Notes under the pieces: model-generated
What the model was told of the DNA's origin: nothing
Database searches by the model: none
What the model saw: the letters and a program-made list of their open reading frames with translations, nothing else
Shown here: one piece after another, positions 17,646 to 26,874 of the stretch
How the letters are laid out: every line of letters begins with the position of its first letter
How positions within the stretch are numbered: position 1 is the stretch's first letter
Position numbers and translations under genes: made by a program
Origin: Candidatus Magasanikiibacteriota bacterium
GTDB taxonomy: Bacteria; Patescibacteriota; Patescibacteriia; Magasanikbacterales; GWA2-37-8
Direction of reading: 5' to 3'
Length of the DNA: 64,000 bases
NCBI GenBank assembly: GCA_963840935.1
Contig: CAWJAS010000001.1
Coordinates: 512,875 to 576,874, forward strand

Positions 17646-18179
17646 ATGAATAGAGATAAGATTTTCGCCATTGCCACCATCGCTCTTGCCATTTGCGTGT
17701 TTGCATTTTTCGTCATTTCCGGACGACCGGTAAATAACGGGGATAATAACGCTGATTTGGCCTCAGAAAACCAAGAAGTTTTGACAGAGGAATCTGTTGC
17801 TACCGATGAAACGGCAACAACCACCCCAACGAGCACTCCGGAAGAAACAACAGTGAAAAAAACAACACCGGTTAAAACAACAACGCCGGCGCCCGGGGCG
17901 ATTACACAGTCTTACGCGGACGCGTTAAAAATTTACAGCACGAGCGGATATAGATTTCAATTTGTGAACTGCAAGGCAACTCCCGGAAAATTTACTATTA
18001 AGAAAGGCGCCAAATTCATGCTTGATAACCGCGATAATGTGGCACACAAAATCAAAGTCGGGTCTGTTAATTACAATATTGGCGCCTATGGCTTTGCCAT
18101 AGCGACAGCCAAGACTTTGGGATTGAATTACATCACTTGCGATGGCGGAGGAGCGGCTCAAATTCAAGTTGAACCGTAA
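17646..18179 (+). CDS. membrane-anchored secreted protein with Thr-rich linker, unknown function
   Basis: atg 17646 (MNRDKIF) preferred over 17607 which overlaps upstream gene; TM then ETATTTPTSTPEETTVKKTTPVKTTTPAPG linker. Confidence 0.5.
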   Translation: MNRDKIFAIATIALAICVFAFFVISGRPVNNGDNNADLASENQEVLTEESVATDETATTTPTSTPEETTVKKTTPVKTTTPAPGAITQSYADALKIYSTSGYRFQFVNCKATPGKFTIKKGAKFMLDNRDNVAHKIKVGSVNYNIGAYGFAIATAKTLGLNYITCDGGGAAQIQVEP

Positions 18180-18197
18180 AAATTTGCGATAATATAC

Positions 18198-18227
18198 AAA
18201 AAAACCCTGTTTTGCAGGGTTTTTTTG
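18198..18227. terminator. bidirectional rho-independent terminator
   Basis: aaaaaaccctg-ttttg-cagggttttttt. Confidence 0.75.
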
Positions 18228-18233
18228 GTGTTT

Positions 18234-18347
18234 TTAGTAATTGACTTTTCGCTTTTCGCGAAGTTTTTTTGTTTGAGAAGCAAGTTTTTTGCCCATTTTG
18301 GTGTTTTTTCTGGCGTGCTTGATTCTGCTTTTTAAGGCGCTATTCAT
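18234..18347 (-). CDS. small basic protein (37 aa, MNSALKSRIKHARKNTKMGKKLASQTKKLREKRKVNY), not in supplied ORF track
   Basis: atg 18347..18345 preceded on minus strand by perfect TTGACA-17-TATAAT promoter and followed by the bidirectional terminator at 18198-18227. Confidence 0.4.
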   Translation of the reverse strand: MNSALKSRIKHARKNTKMGKKLASQTKKLREKRKVNY

Positions 18348-18376
18348 AATTTATGGATTATTTGAACACAATATTT

Positions 18377-18405
18377 ATTATATCACATTTTTTGGGTTTT
18401 GTCAA
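18377..18405 (-). promoter_or_regulatory. consensus sigma70-type promoter (minus strand) TTGACA-17-TATAAT
   Basis: Reverse complement of 18377-18405 reads ttgaca-aaacccaaaaaatgtga-tataat; 29 nt upstream of small ORF atg. Confidence 0.55.
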
Positions 18406-18438
18406 CCCTATGTAGTGTAGCAATTACTACATAGGGTC
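18406..18438. promoter_or_regulatory. perfect 11-bp inverted repeat ccctatgtagt-N9-actacataggg
   Basis: Abuts the -35 of the minus-strand promoter; candidate operator/UP-site or transcript-insulating hairpin. Confidence 0.4.
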
Positions 18439-18683
18439 AAGATGGAATAATTTGCGGTTTTTTTCAACGGGTGGGTTATCCACAGCCCGAGCCAAACAAT
18501 CCTTTTATATAGCAAAATAACTTGCTATAATATACATAAGATTTATTAATTATTTATATGGCGCAAGCATGCTTGTGAGCGTCAATCAGGTCGAATAAAC
18601 AATTGATATTTCTTGCAAAAAGGTAGTGGGTCCGTCGATAATTTGCTACCTTATTAATTTACATTTAATTATATATATTAATT

Positions 18684-19286
18684 ATGAAAAAGATTTTAGC
18701 AATAGTGGCTGCGTTCGCAGTTGTTGGCTTCAATGGGTTTATGCTCATGGAAGGCGCTGTGACACAAGCACAAGATTCCGATGCCTGGAATGTAACATTA
18801 TCAGTCACCTCAGAAATAGCAGTAACATGTGATGATGTCGGTGGTGATTTAGCACTTGCTCCGGCAATCCCAGGTATGACCGGTGGTTCTGCTACCGCAG
18901 AAACAACATGTAATGTTGAAACAAGTAATGATGATGGGTGGACATTATCAATCATAGATGATAATGGTGATTTTGGTGCAATGATTGATGGTGGAAATTC
19001 AATAGACGCATACCCGACTTCGACGCCGGCCGCATGGGTATTAGACAGCACATCAGCTGCCTATTACGGTTATTTTGCCTCCAGCTCATTCGCAACAGGT
19101 GGTCATGGGTATAACTTATATCGCGATCTTGATAACGCCGGTGACGATGTAGCTACTGATTCAGAAGAAACTGGCCCTACCGGTGTAGATGTTGTTTTCG
19201 GTTTTAGAGCCGAGATTGGCAATACTGCCAACCAACCGAGTGGTGACTATGTTTCTAACGTTACTGTAACTGCTACGGAAAACTAG
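18684..19286 (+). CDS. secreted surface protein, WxL-domain-like (paralog A)
   Basis: Sec signal peptide; GWTLSI motif and C-terminal ..PSGDYVSNVTVTATEN resembling WxL-domain termini; paralogous to 20362..21141 (IPGMTGGSATAET vs IPGLSGGTATGSTEA). Confidence 0.35.
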   Translation: MKKILAIVAAFAVVGFNGFMLMEGAVTQAQDSDAWNVTLSVTSEIAVTCDDVGGDLALAPAIPGMTGGSATAETTCNVETSNDDGWTLSIIDDNGDFGAMIDGGNSIDAYPTSTPAAWVLDSTSAAYYGYFASSSFATGGHGYNLYRDLDNAGDDVATDSEETGPTGVDVVFGFRAEIGNTANQPSGDYVSNVTVTATEN

Positions 19287-19347
19287 ATTGTTTATTGACT
19301 GAATGCCGTAATTGCGGCATTCAGATGAATTAATAATTTAATAATAT

Positions 19348-20355
19348 ATGAAAAAAAATATTTTTAGGGGAGGTATTTTGGCTTTTATTGTATGTCTTTT
19401 CATAGGAATGAACGTTAGTGCTTTTAATATTGAAAGTTTAGAAAACCCAAGGATTGATAATGATTTTGTGGTTGGGCCCGGTAAAACAGAAATAAGAATA
19501 AATCCGGGCGAGACATCGGTCAAATCAATTACAGTAACTAATCGATACGCGACAGAAAGATTATTTAATATTGAAATAGAGGATTTTACATCTCCTGATG
19601 AAGGCGACAGCTCAGGGGTAATTAAATTACTTGGCGAAGAAAAAGGCCCTTATTCATTGCGCGATTATTTAAAACCGGATGAAACATCTTTTGTGTTACA
19701 AAGCGGTGATAGGGCGACAATTAGAGTTGAAATTAATATCCCGGAAGACGCAACTCCGGGTGGTTTATACGGTGCCGTTATTGTTTCGCACGAATCAACG
19801 GATCCGCTTGAAGTTGCCCGTGAAAACGAGGTCGCTGGTGGTATTAAGCTTAAAAATAGAATTGCTTCATTGTATTTTGTCAGAATAAACGGCGATGTTT
19901 TTGAAAATGGTGAATTAACCAGTTTTGATTCTGACAAATCTATTTACAAAAACGGACCGATAAAATTTGATTTTAAGTACAAAAACACGGGTTCAATCTA
20001 TGTAAATCCATACGGCGTTATTGAAATAAAAAATCTTTACGGTACCCTTGTTGAAAAAATTAATGTTCTGCCATATTATGTGATGCCTGGCGCAGAAAGA
20101 TTAACCACAAAGGTGTTTGACCGTGAATTCACCATGGGCAGATACAAGGCGACTCTCAAATTAAATCGCGGATACGGTGATATAATTGACGAAAAAACAG
20201 TTGTTTTCTGGGTTTTGCCGATCAAAATGGTCGCCGGAATTCTTATCGGATTATTCCTTTTGCTCGTCATTATCCGCGCTATTAGAAATTGGTTCAAGAA
20301 AAACTTTGAATATAAAGGCGGGAAAAACAAAAATCAAGCACCGCCACAAGAATAA
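19348..20355 (+). CDS. cell-surface protein with C-terminal TM anchor, DUF916/DUF3324-like two-domain architecture
   Basis: Signal peptide, two Ig-like beta-rich domains, C-terminal hydrophobic anchor VVFWVLPIKMVAGILIGLFLLLVII followed by basic tail; same arrangement as the membrane-anchored partner in Firmicute WxL/csc loci. Confidence 0.35.
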   Translation: MKKNIFRGGILAFIVCLFIGMNVSAFNIESLENPRIDNDFVVGPGKTEIRINPGETSVKSITVTNRYATERLFNIEIEDFTSPDEGDSSGVIKLLGEEKGPYSLRDYLKPDETSFVLQSGDRATIRVEINIPEDATPGGLYGAVIVSHESTDPLEVARENEVAGGIKLKNRIASLYFVRINGDVFENGELTSFDSDKSIYKNGPIKFDFKYKNTGSIYVNPYGVIEIKNLYGTLVEKINVLPYYVMPGAERLTTKVFDREFTMGRYKATLKLNRGYGDIIDEKTVVFWVLPIKMVAGILIGLFLLLVIIRAIRNWFKKNFEYKGGKNKNQAPPQE

Positions 20356-20361
20356 AGAATT

Positions 20362-21141
20362 ATGGATTTAATGCGGAGCGCGATTCAATCAATAATTTTT
20401 ACTGGACTCATCCTAATTACCGGCGTTTTTATAACGCCGGTTTTTGGGCAAGTAATGGAAAGCAGTAATTGGAAAATCAGCCAGGATTCAATTAATTTTG
20501 GCGGTGGCTGGAGCGCGAGCACAAGCTATTCAATGGAAGACACCTACGGAGAAATCGCTACCGGATGGTCGTATTCGGATGAATACTCGCTTCACGCAGG
20601 TTATCAGCAAATGGACCAGGAAACCTATATTAGTTTGACTATGGCAACCGCAACAACCATGTTGCCTTCAATTCCAGGATTGAGTGGGGGAACAGCAACC
20701 GGTTCAACCGAAGCAGTGATCAAAACAAATAATGTTATTGGATACACGCTCGAAATCAACGCTTCAACAACGCCCGCCATGCAAAAAGCCGATTTATCAA
20801 AATATTTTTCCGATTATACCCCGGCCGGAGCAAATCCGGATTTTAATTGGCAAATTTTGAGCACCACCTCAGAATTCGGATTTTCACCAAAAGGCGATGA
20901 TGTGGTGCAAAAATATTTGGATAATGGAACAAGTGAATGTAATGAACCGGGTGGGTCTAATACGCCAGACAAATGTTGGGATAACTTTGCTTTAACAGCC
21001 AAAGTTTTGAGTATGTCCGCATCCGCAAATGAAACCGGCGCGACCACCACAATTAATTTACAAGCCGAATCAGGAAATGAAAATGTTCAAGTATCGGGTT
21101 CTTATTACGCCAATCTAACTGTAACCGCTTATGTCAATTAA
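20362..21141 (+). CDS. secreted surface protein, WxL-domain-like (paralog B)
   Basis: Signal peptide; GYTLEI and C-terminal SGSYYANLTVTAYVN matching paralog A. Confidence 0.35.
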   Translation: MDLMRSAIQSIIFTGLILITGVFITPVFGQVMESSNWKISQDSINFGGGWSASTSYSMEDTYGEIATGWSYSDEYSLHAGYQQMDQETYISLTMATATTMLPSIPGLSGGTATGSTEAVIKTNNVIGYTLEINASTTPAMQKADLSKYFSDYTPAGANPDFNWQILSTTSEFGFSPKGDDVVQKYLDNGTSECNEPGGSNTPDKCWDNFALTAKVLSMSASANETGATTTINLQAESGNENVQVSGSYYANLTVTAYVN

Positions 21142-21808
21142 AATAAATTGCCATATTAATAAAAAAATACTGTTTGGCTCGCTGTTTGCGTTGTTATCGG
21201 CCGGGGCGGTTTTTGCGGCGACTAATAGTTGGATAGTTTCTCTCCAAGTAACTTCACCTGTTGCAGGCACTGTTCGCTGGGCGATTCCCGAGGGTAGAGT
21301 GGGGGCTTCAAGCACAAATTGGGATACGACTTTTTATTTGGCGGTGAGACCGGCTGATGACGCTGATACATCAATAATTTTTGCCATGGATACACTTGCT
21401 TCAACCACAGTGGCGGGTGAATACACGACGCCGATTACTTTTACAGGCGTAACGAACAGTTCAACATATGACGTGGCTTTTAAAAGCCACCAACATATCA
21501 GTTCCAAGCTTAATAATGTATTTTTGGATGCCGGCAATAACTCCTTGAATTTTACACAACCCGATAATTCGATTTTTGTTGGTCCTCTTCGATTGTTTGC
21601 GGGCGATATTAACGGAGCGGGTGATTCACCTGCAACTTTGGGTGATAACTCAATAAATTCAGTTGATTTATCCATTCTTTTGGGCAATCTTGATTATGAT
21701 GACCCAACCACACGCGGTATTAGAGCGAATTTGAATCAAGACACTATTATTAATTCTGTTGATTTAGGCATGTTGATTGATAATCTTGATAAAGAAGGGG
21801 ATATATAA
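21131..21808 (+). CDS. secreted protein with C-terminal dockerin-like Ca-binding repeat pair
   Basis: Signal peptide; GDINGAGDSPATLGDNSINSVDLSILLGNL and NLNQDTIINSVDLGMLIDNL duplicated dockerin-type segments. Confidence 0.5.
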   Translation: MSIKINCHINKKILFGSLFALLSAGAVFAATNSWIVSLQVTSPVAGTVRWAIPEGRVGASSTNWDTTFYLAVRPADDADTSIIFAMDTLASTTVAGEYTTPITFTGVTNSSTYDVAFKSHQHISSKLNNVFLDAGNNSLNFTQPDNSIFVGPLRLFAGDINGAGDSPATLGDNSINSVDLSILLGNLDYDDPTTRGIRANLNQDTIINSVDLGMLIDNLDKEGDI

Positions 21809-21827
21809 TAATTTAAAATAATAAGTA

Positions 21828-21862
21828 AAAATCCCGTCAGCCCAGGCTGACGGGATTTTATT
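21828..21862. terminator. bidirectional rho-independent terminator
   Basis: aaaaatcccgtcagcc-cag-gctgacgggatttta between convergent genes. Confidence 0.75.
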
Positions 21863-21916
21863 TAGATTGCTTCGTCGTCCCTTTGGGACTCCTCGCAATG
21901 ACAAGTATGAAATTAT

Positions 21917-23008
21917 TTAATTTAATAAGTACCATTTGCCGTCAATGTATTCAAACGGATAAACAAGTTCGTGGCCATTGACAAGCACTGTAATTATCAC
22001 CGCTTTATCAATAAGCAATGAATATTTATTGAGATTAAATTTATCAACCACGACAACGCTTTTTATTATTAATTCCTGGTCATTTACGTTTTCCGGTTTT
22101 ATCCCGCTTGAATACGCGCTAATAAAATCGCTTTCCGCCACTTTTGCTTTAATAGTCGGTGAAATATTATTCAAATATATATCCGAATATCGTCCTCGCG
22201 CTTCGGCATCAATAATTTTTATCAAATTATTAAACAAAGCCACATCAAACAATATGTTCATTTCTTCAGTTTTTTGTTTGGCCGGAGGTAAAAACACGAG
22301 CGGGCGTAAAAGTTCATTGTGAGTCGCTTTTATACCCTCATTCACGGCAATATTATTGAATATATAATGACCCGAACCGGAAGTGCGGATGGATGTGTTG
22401 TTGTAAACCAAATCAATATTCGCCACTCCTGTTTTATCGAGCGGATGAAGAACTTGCCCTTTAATTTCATCAACAACAGTAATTTTTGGTGTATTATTGA
22501 ATAATCCCGATAAAAAGTTGGTTTTTCGATTCAAATATAAGCCCGCAACGACTGTTGCCACCCAGGCAAGCGCGCAAATAAGCAGGGCATATCGCAAATA
22601 ATGATGCGCAGTATTTTTTGGCTGAATTTCAACCGGTCCATCAGCTGAGCCGGGTAAATTAACTAAACTTCTTTCTCGCTTACTCGCTTTTCTGGCAAAT
22701 AATAATAAAAATGTGGATAAAAACAAAATTACGCCTGTAAGCAAAAGTAACGGCCAAATCAAATAACCGGGCACCGCATCATTCATTTTTTGAATAAATA
22801 CAGGCTCTGTTTTTATTGATTCTGTTTTTGGCGTATCTTTAACAACATACATTATGGCTTGGTCCATATTGCCGTATTCATCCTCAACCGACACAATGTG
22901 CGCTCCGGCAGGCAAGTTATTATCAATAACAATGTTCCAATCACCCGTGTTATTGCTTTCCAAATTGTATGTTTTCGGCGCCTGGGCCAAATGGGTTATT
23001 TGATTCAT
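21917..23008 (-). CDS. hypothetical single-pass membrane protein
   Basis: Central TM helix; 1-nt gap to upstream large surface-protein gene (operon). Confidence 0.5.
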   Translation of the reverse strand: MNQITHLAQAPKTYNLESNNTGDWNIVIDNNLPAGAHIVSVEDEYGNMDQAIMYVVKDTPKTESIKTEPVFIQKMNDAVPGYLIWPLLLLTGVILFLSTFLLLFARKASKRERSLVNLPGSADGPVEIQPKNTAHHYLRYALLICALAWVATVVAGLYLNRKTNFLSGLFNNTPKITVVDEIKGQVLHPLDKTGVANIDLVYNNTSIRTSGSGHYIFNNIAVNEGIKATHNELLRPLVFLPPAKQKTEEMNILFDVALFNNLIKIIDAEARGRYSDIYLNNISPTIKAKVAESDFISAYSSGIKPENVNDQELIIKSVVVVDKFNLNKYSLLIDKAVIITVLVNGHELVYPFEYIDGKWYLLN

Positions 23009-23009
23009 A

Positions 23010-25481
23010 TTAATAAATGGTCATTAATAATTTTGTGGATGGTTCGGCGGTGCCGTTAATTGAAATCACGCTATCGTCATCGCTAACATTTTGAATTTGA
23101 ATATTCAATATTTTTACAAGCTTTTCAAGCAATGATTCAGGCGCGGGCGGAGAAATTACCGGTGGAATAACGGATGTTGCCGGGGGCGCAGTTGGAGTTG
23201 TCGGACGAATCGTTGTGGCTGGAACGGTTGGGCACACTGGGCAAGCGGGGCAGGCCGGGCAAGCTTCACATTCCGGCTCAGGGCCCGTGAATGATGTTTT
23301 GAAAACAGGAGCCATGCTCATTTCTGTGCCCAAAACCACATTGCCGGCCATGTTTGAAACAGGTTTAAAGTAATATAAATTTCCTGGTTCTAAACCGTTC
23401 ACCACCACGCTGTGATAGGTTGAATTATCGGCGTATGTAACAGTTGAATAATCATAATTATAATTTGGTTCACTGCCCATGGTTAGGGGTGAATCAGTGC
23501 CATAAATTACTCTGGCGTCGCCCGGCATGCTTGTGTACCATGTAACCAAAACCGAATTCTCATCAATTTGCGCGACACTCGCGTTCAAAGTATTAATTGA
23601 CGCCACAGGTGATGACCCACCGCCACTTGGGGGAGTTACAGAGCCCCCACCACCGGTACCGATACAAAGAAGCAAAGAATCACTCCAAGAAGTGTTTGAA
23701 CCGCAGTATGCTGAACCCGATGGACAACCGGCACCACTAACAACAAGCCCATAAACATACCGCTCCATTAAATTGTTTGTAGTATCTCGTGAATAAATTA
23801 TCACGGGAACTGACTCGCCGACGGCAAAATTCACCGGCGGGTCAATTGTGATGGTGTAATCATTCGCCGTGCCACTCACGCCAAAAGTTTGGCTTGATGC
23901 ATAGGTAATTCTTGTGCCGTTTGTGGTAACGGTTCCGGCGCCACCGGCACTTGTGTAATATGTGCCGTTTACATAAACCACAGTATTTGCCAAATCAACT
24001 CCGGTTCCATCATCTTTTATGTGAAAAACAATATTATCCGCCTGGGCTATAACCGCGTCATTTGCCGGGTTTAATCCATCAACATACGGAGTACCTGAAT
24101 CAACGGTAGAAAATGTGTAATTATCGGTTGTCATTGTATTTGCCGGGCTAGCCAAGTCCGTGCAATCATAAACACTAATGGACACGGTTTCGTTTTGGCC
24201 AAAATCAGTGGTTGGATTGATATCAAATGAATATCCATAATTTATGGCGCTCACAGTCACACCGGCGTCGCCTTGGGCAAATACAGTATTGCCAAAAGTG
24301 GCGGATTGAACCCGAATTTTGCAAGTAGCCGGGTTTACTCCGGTGCCTGAAGGACCGCTAGGATATGATTTTCTGTCTGTAATTTGAACAGTGACATTCG
24401 TATTGACGGCAACTCCACTACTGCCTCGCGCCGGTGATTCGGCCTGCACTCTTGGGGCGACAGTGTCGGATTCTGTGGTAAATGTCCATGTTTTTGTGTC
24501 TACTGTATTTGGCCCGTTCGTGTCACCCAATTGATCTTGATTTGTTGAGGCGCGATCCTCATAATTACTTATTTGCACCGAATATGTAGTATTGTAATCC
24601 CAATTTCTGGTGTCTCCGGGAATTCCTGAAGGACTTGTTGGATTGACGGTTGTAACACACAAATTCGTGCCCCAAATACCCGAACATGAATAGCTTGCGA
24701 AGGGTAAATAATTTACAGAATTAAAAGTAATTGCTCCGGTCGCCGTGTTTACACCCGTTCCCACTCCACTATCATCGCCTTCGCCATTCTTGGAATCCCT
24801 CAAATCAAAGGTGTAATTCCCATCAATAGTGAATCCCGAACCGCCGTTAGTCGGACTTGGATTTTGAGCGTATGGAATTTTTGTATCCGCCCAAATGTGA
24901 ATTTCAAAATCCTCGGCATCTTCCAAAATATCATTGCCCAAGTATGAAATATTTGACTCGGTGGTATTGCCAATCGTACCTATATTAATATTGATTGTTT
25001 GAGGAGAGGTTGTTCCGTAACTGGCCACAGTTGGATAAAAAGCCGTGGTTTGAAACGAACCGAATGTGCCAAGCCCGCTTGAATAACCTTCGGTTCTGTA
25101 GCCGGTCATTCGCATTCTATAATTAGATCCGCTGACCAGAGTCGTTGTGACACCGGACCAAGTGGGGAAATATGTGCCGGTAGACAATCCGGTTGTGGAG
25201 ACATATTGCCCGTCATAATCAACCCAGATGTTTGAAGCATTGGTGTGGTCGGAAGTGATCTGAATGGTTTCGGTCCATGTTTGGCCGACATAATAGTAAT
25301 TCAAATCATCGGCCGAGCCGGTCCCGCCGTCTCCTGTATTGTCACTGCCGGTGTAGGGAGAAGCCGTGAGTTGAAACCAATTTGTTCCACTTGGAGTCGC
25401 CGCTATGGCAATTGTCACAAATAATAACGATAAACAGACAATTATCCCGGCGGATAAAGCCATTTTTTTGGTAAATTGCAT
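23010..25481 (-). CDS. large secreted Thr/Gly/Ser-rich surface protein (adhesin-like, FN3-like segment, Pro-rich and Cys-Pro-Ala-Cys-Pro C-terminal region)
   Basis: Signal peptide MALSAGIIVCLSLLFVTIAIAATP; FN3-like LVTWYTSMPGDARVIYGT...LEPGNLYYFKP; CEACPACPACPVCP; visibly GC-richer than flanks. Confidence 0.55.
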   Translation of the reverse strand: MQFTKKMALSAGIIVCLSLLFVTIAIAATPSGTNWFQLTASPYTGSDNTGDGGTGSADDLNYYYVGQTWTETIQITSDHTNASNIWVDYDGQYVSTTGLSTGTYFPTWSGVTTTLVSGSNYRMRMTGYRTEGYSSGLGTFGSFQTTAFYPTVASYGTTSPQTININIGTIGNTTESNISYLGNDILEDAEDFEIHIWADTKIPYAQNPSPTNGGSGFTIDGNYTFDLRDSKNGEGDDSGVGTGVNTATGAITFNSVNYLPFASYSCSGIWGTNLCVTTVNPTSPSGIPGDTRNWDYNTTYSVQISNYEDRASTNQDQLGDTNGPNTVDTKTWTFTTESDTVAPRVQAESPARGSSGVAVNTNVTVQITDRKSYPSGPSGTGVNPATCKIRVQSATFGNTVFAQGDAGVTVSAINYGYSFDINPTTDFGQNETVSISVYDCTDLASPANTMTTDNYTFSTVDSGTPYVDGLNPANDAVIAQADNIVFHIKDDGTGVDLANTVVYVNGTYYTSAGGAGTVTTNGTRITYASSQTFGVSGTANDYTITIDPPVNFAVGESVPVIIYSRDTTNNLMERYVYGLVVSGAGCPSGSAYCGSNTSWSDSLLLCIGTGGGGSVTPPSGGGSSPVASINTLNASVAQIDENSVLVTWYTSMPGDARVIYGTDSPLTMGSEPNYNYDYSTVTYADNSTYHSVVVNGLEPGNLYYFKPVSNMAGNVVLGTEMSMAPVFKTSFTGPEPECEACPACPACPVCPTVPATTIRPTTPTAPPATSVIPPVISPPAPESLLEKLVKILNIQIQNVSDDDSVISINGTAEPSTKLLMTIY

Positions 25482-25592
25482 AATTAATTGTTATTTTTTA
25501 TTGATTTTATTATATCATAAATTTTCACATAATACAGCAAAAAATCAAACCTGCCTGTGAATATCTTTTTTGCTGTGATATAATTATTCAAT

Positions 25593-26363
25593 ATGGATAT
25601 TATTCACGCTATTATATTGGGCATAGTTGAGGGGATTACCGAGTTTTTGCCCATTTCATCAACCGGGCATTTAATTTTGGCTTCTGATTTGCTAAACATC
25701 CAAAAAACGAATTTTTTATCCAGTTTTGAAATCAGCATACAGCTCGGCGCCATCATGTCTGTGGTTTTTATTTATTGGCGAAAAATTTTTGATAATAAAA
25801 TATTGTTCAAAACCGTGGCTGTTGCTTTTTTGCCGGCAGCGATTCTGGGTTTAATTTTTTACAAACTGATTAAATCCTATTTATTCGGCAATCTTTATGT
25901 AGTTTTAGTTTCATTGTTTGTCGGCGGAATCCTGCTTATTATTTTTGAGTATTTTTATAAAGAAAAGACTACGGCCATTGACGCGCCGGAAAAAGTGACA
26001 GTTAAACAAGCTTTTGTTATCGGTTTATTTCAATGTTTGGCGATGGTGCCGGGAGTTTCCAGGGCCGCGTCCACCATAATTGGCGGTTTAATAATCGGAC
26101 TTAAAAGAAAAACGATTGTCGAATTTTCATTCTTGTTGGCAATTCCTACCATGTTCGCGGCTACCGGCTGGGACTTGCTTAAAACCGGAATTGATTTCAA
26201 TGTCAATGAATGGTTGTTGATTTTATCGGGTTTCGTCGTTTCATTTATTGTCGCGTGGTTTAGCGTAAAATGGCTCTTAAAATTCATCCAAAAAAATTCT
26301 TTTATAGCTTTTGGCATTTACAGAATCGCTATCGCCGTCCTTTTTTGGCTAATGGTATTGTAA
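25593..26363 (+). CDS. uppP: undecaprenyl-diphosphatase UppP/BacA
   Basis: EGITEFLPISSTGHLIL and 8-TM topology. Confidence 0.85.
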   Translation: MDIIHAIILGIVEGITEFLPISSTGHLILASDLLNIQKTNFLSSFEISIQLGAIMSVVFIYWRKIFDNKILFKTVAVAFLPAAILGLIFYKLIKSYLFGNLYVVLVSLFVGGILLIIFEYFYKEKTTAIDAPEKVTVKQAFVIGLFQCLAMVPGVSRAASTIIGGLIIGLKRKTIVEFSFLLAIPTMFAATGWDLLKTGIDFNVNEWLLILSGFVVSFIVAWFSVKWLLKFIQKNSFIAFGIYRIAIAVLFWLMVL

Positions 26364-26412
26364 AATTTACGAAAATTTGATAAATTAAATAATAATAACT
26401 AATTATAAAAAT

Positions 26413-26871
26413 ATGAAAGTCAAAGAAATAATGGACACAAAATTCATTTCATTAAAAAAAGGGGCGACCTACGAAGAGGTGTTTAAAACATTATATACAA
26501 ATAATATAAGCGGGGCGCCGGTGGTTGATGAGAATAACAAAATAATCGGAATTGTTTCCGAAAAAGATTTGTTTCGTGTACTTTTTCCGTTTTATACAAG
26601 TTATTACAACAATCCGGAGCTTTATGTTGACTATGAAGCGCGCGAAAGCAAAATTGATGAAATAAAAAATCACAAAATTGAAATATTTATGAGCCGTGAT
26701 TTTGTTCACATTCATCCGGACGACCCGGTGCTCCGAGCCGGGGCTTTAATGCTTGCCAAAAATATCAGTCGCTTGCCGGTGGTTGAAAATGGCGAATTTG
26801 TGGGCATGATTTGGCGACGCGATATTTATAAAACCATTTTAAAAAAATCATTGTTAAAAGAAGAGGTATAA
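26413..26871 (+). CDS. CBS domain pair protein
   Basis: Two CBS motifs (GAPVVDENNKIIGIVSEKDL; SRLPVVENGEFVGMIWRRDI). Confidence 0.65.
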   Translation: MKVKEIMDTKFISLKKGATYEEVFKTLYTNNISGAPVVDENNKIIGIVSEKDLFRVLFPFYTSYYNNPELYVDYEARESKIDEIKNHKIEIFMSRDFVHIHPDDPVLRAGALMLAKNISRLPVVENGEFVGMIWRRDIYKTILKKSLLKEEV

Positions 26872-26874
26872 ATT

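Noticed and set aside
23527-23754. 75-aa + strand ORF inside the large minus-strand surface-protein gene
   Set aside because: Antisense ORF favoured by GC-rich Pro/Gly codons. The minus-strand frame carries the signal peptide and domains.
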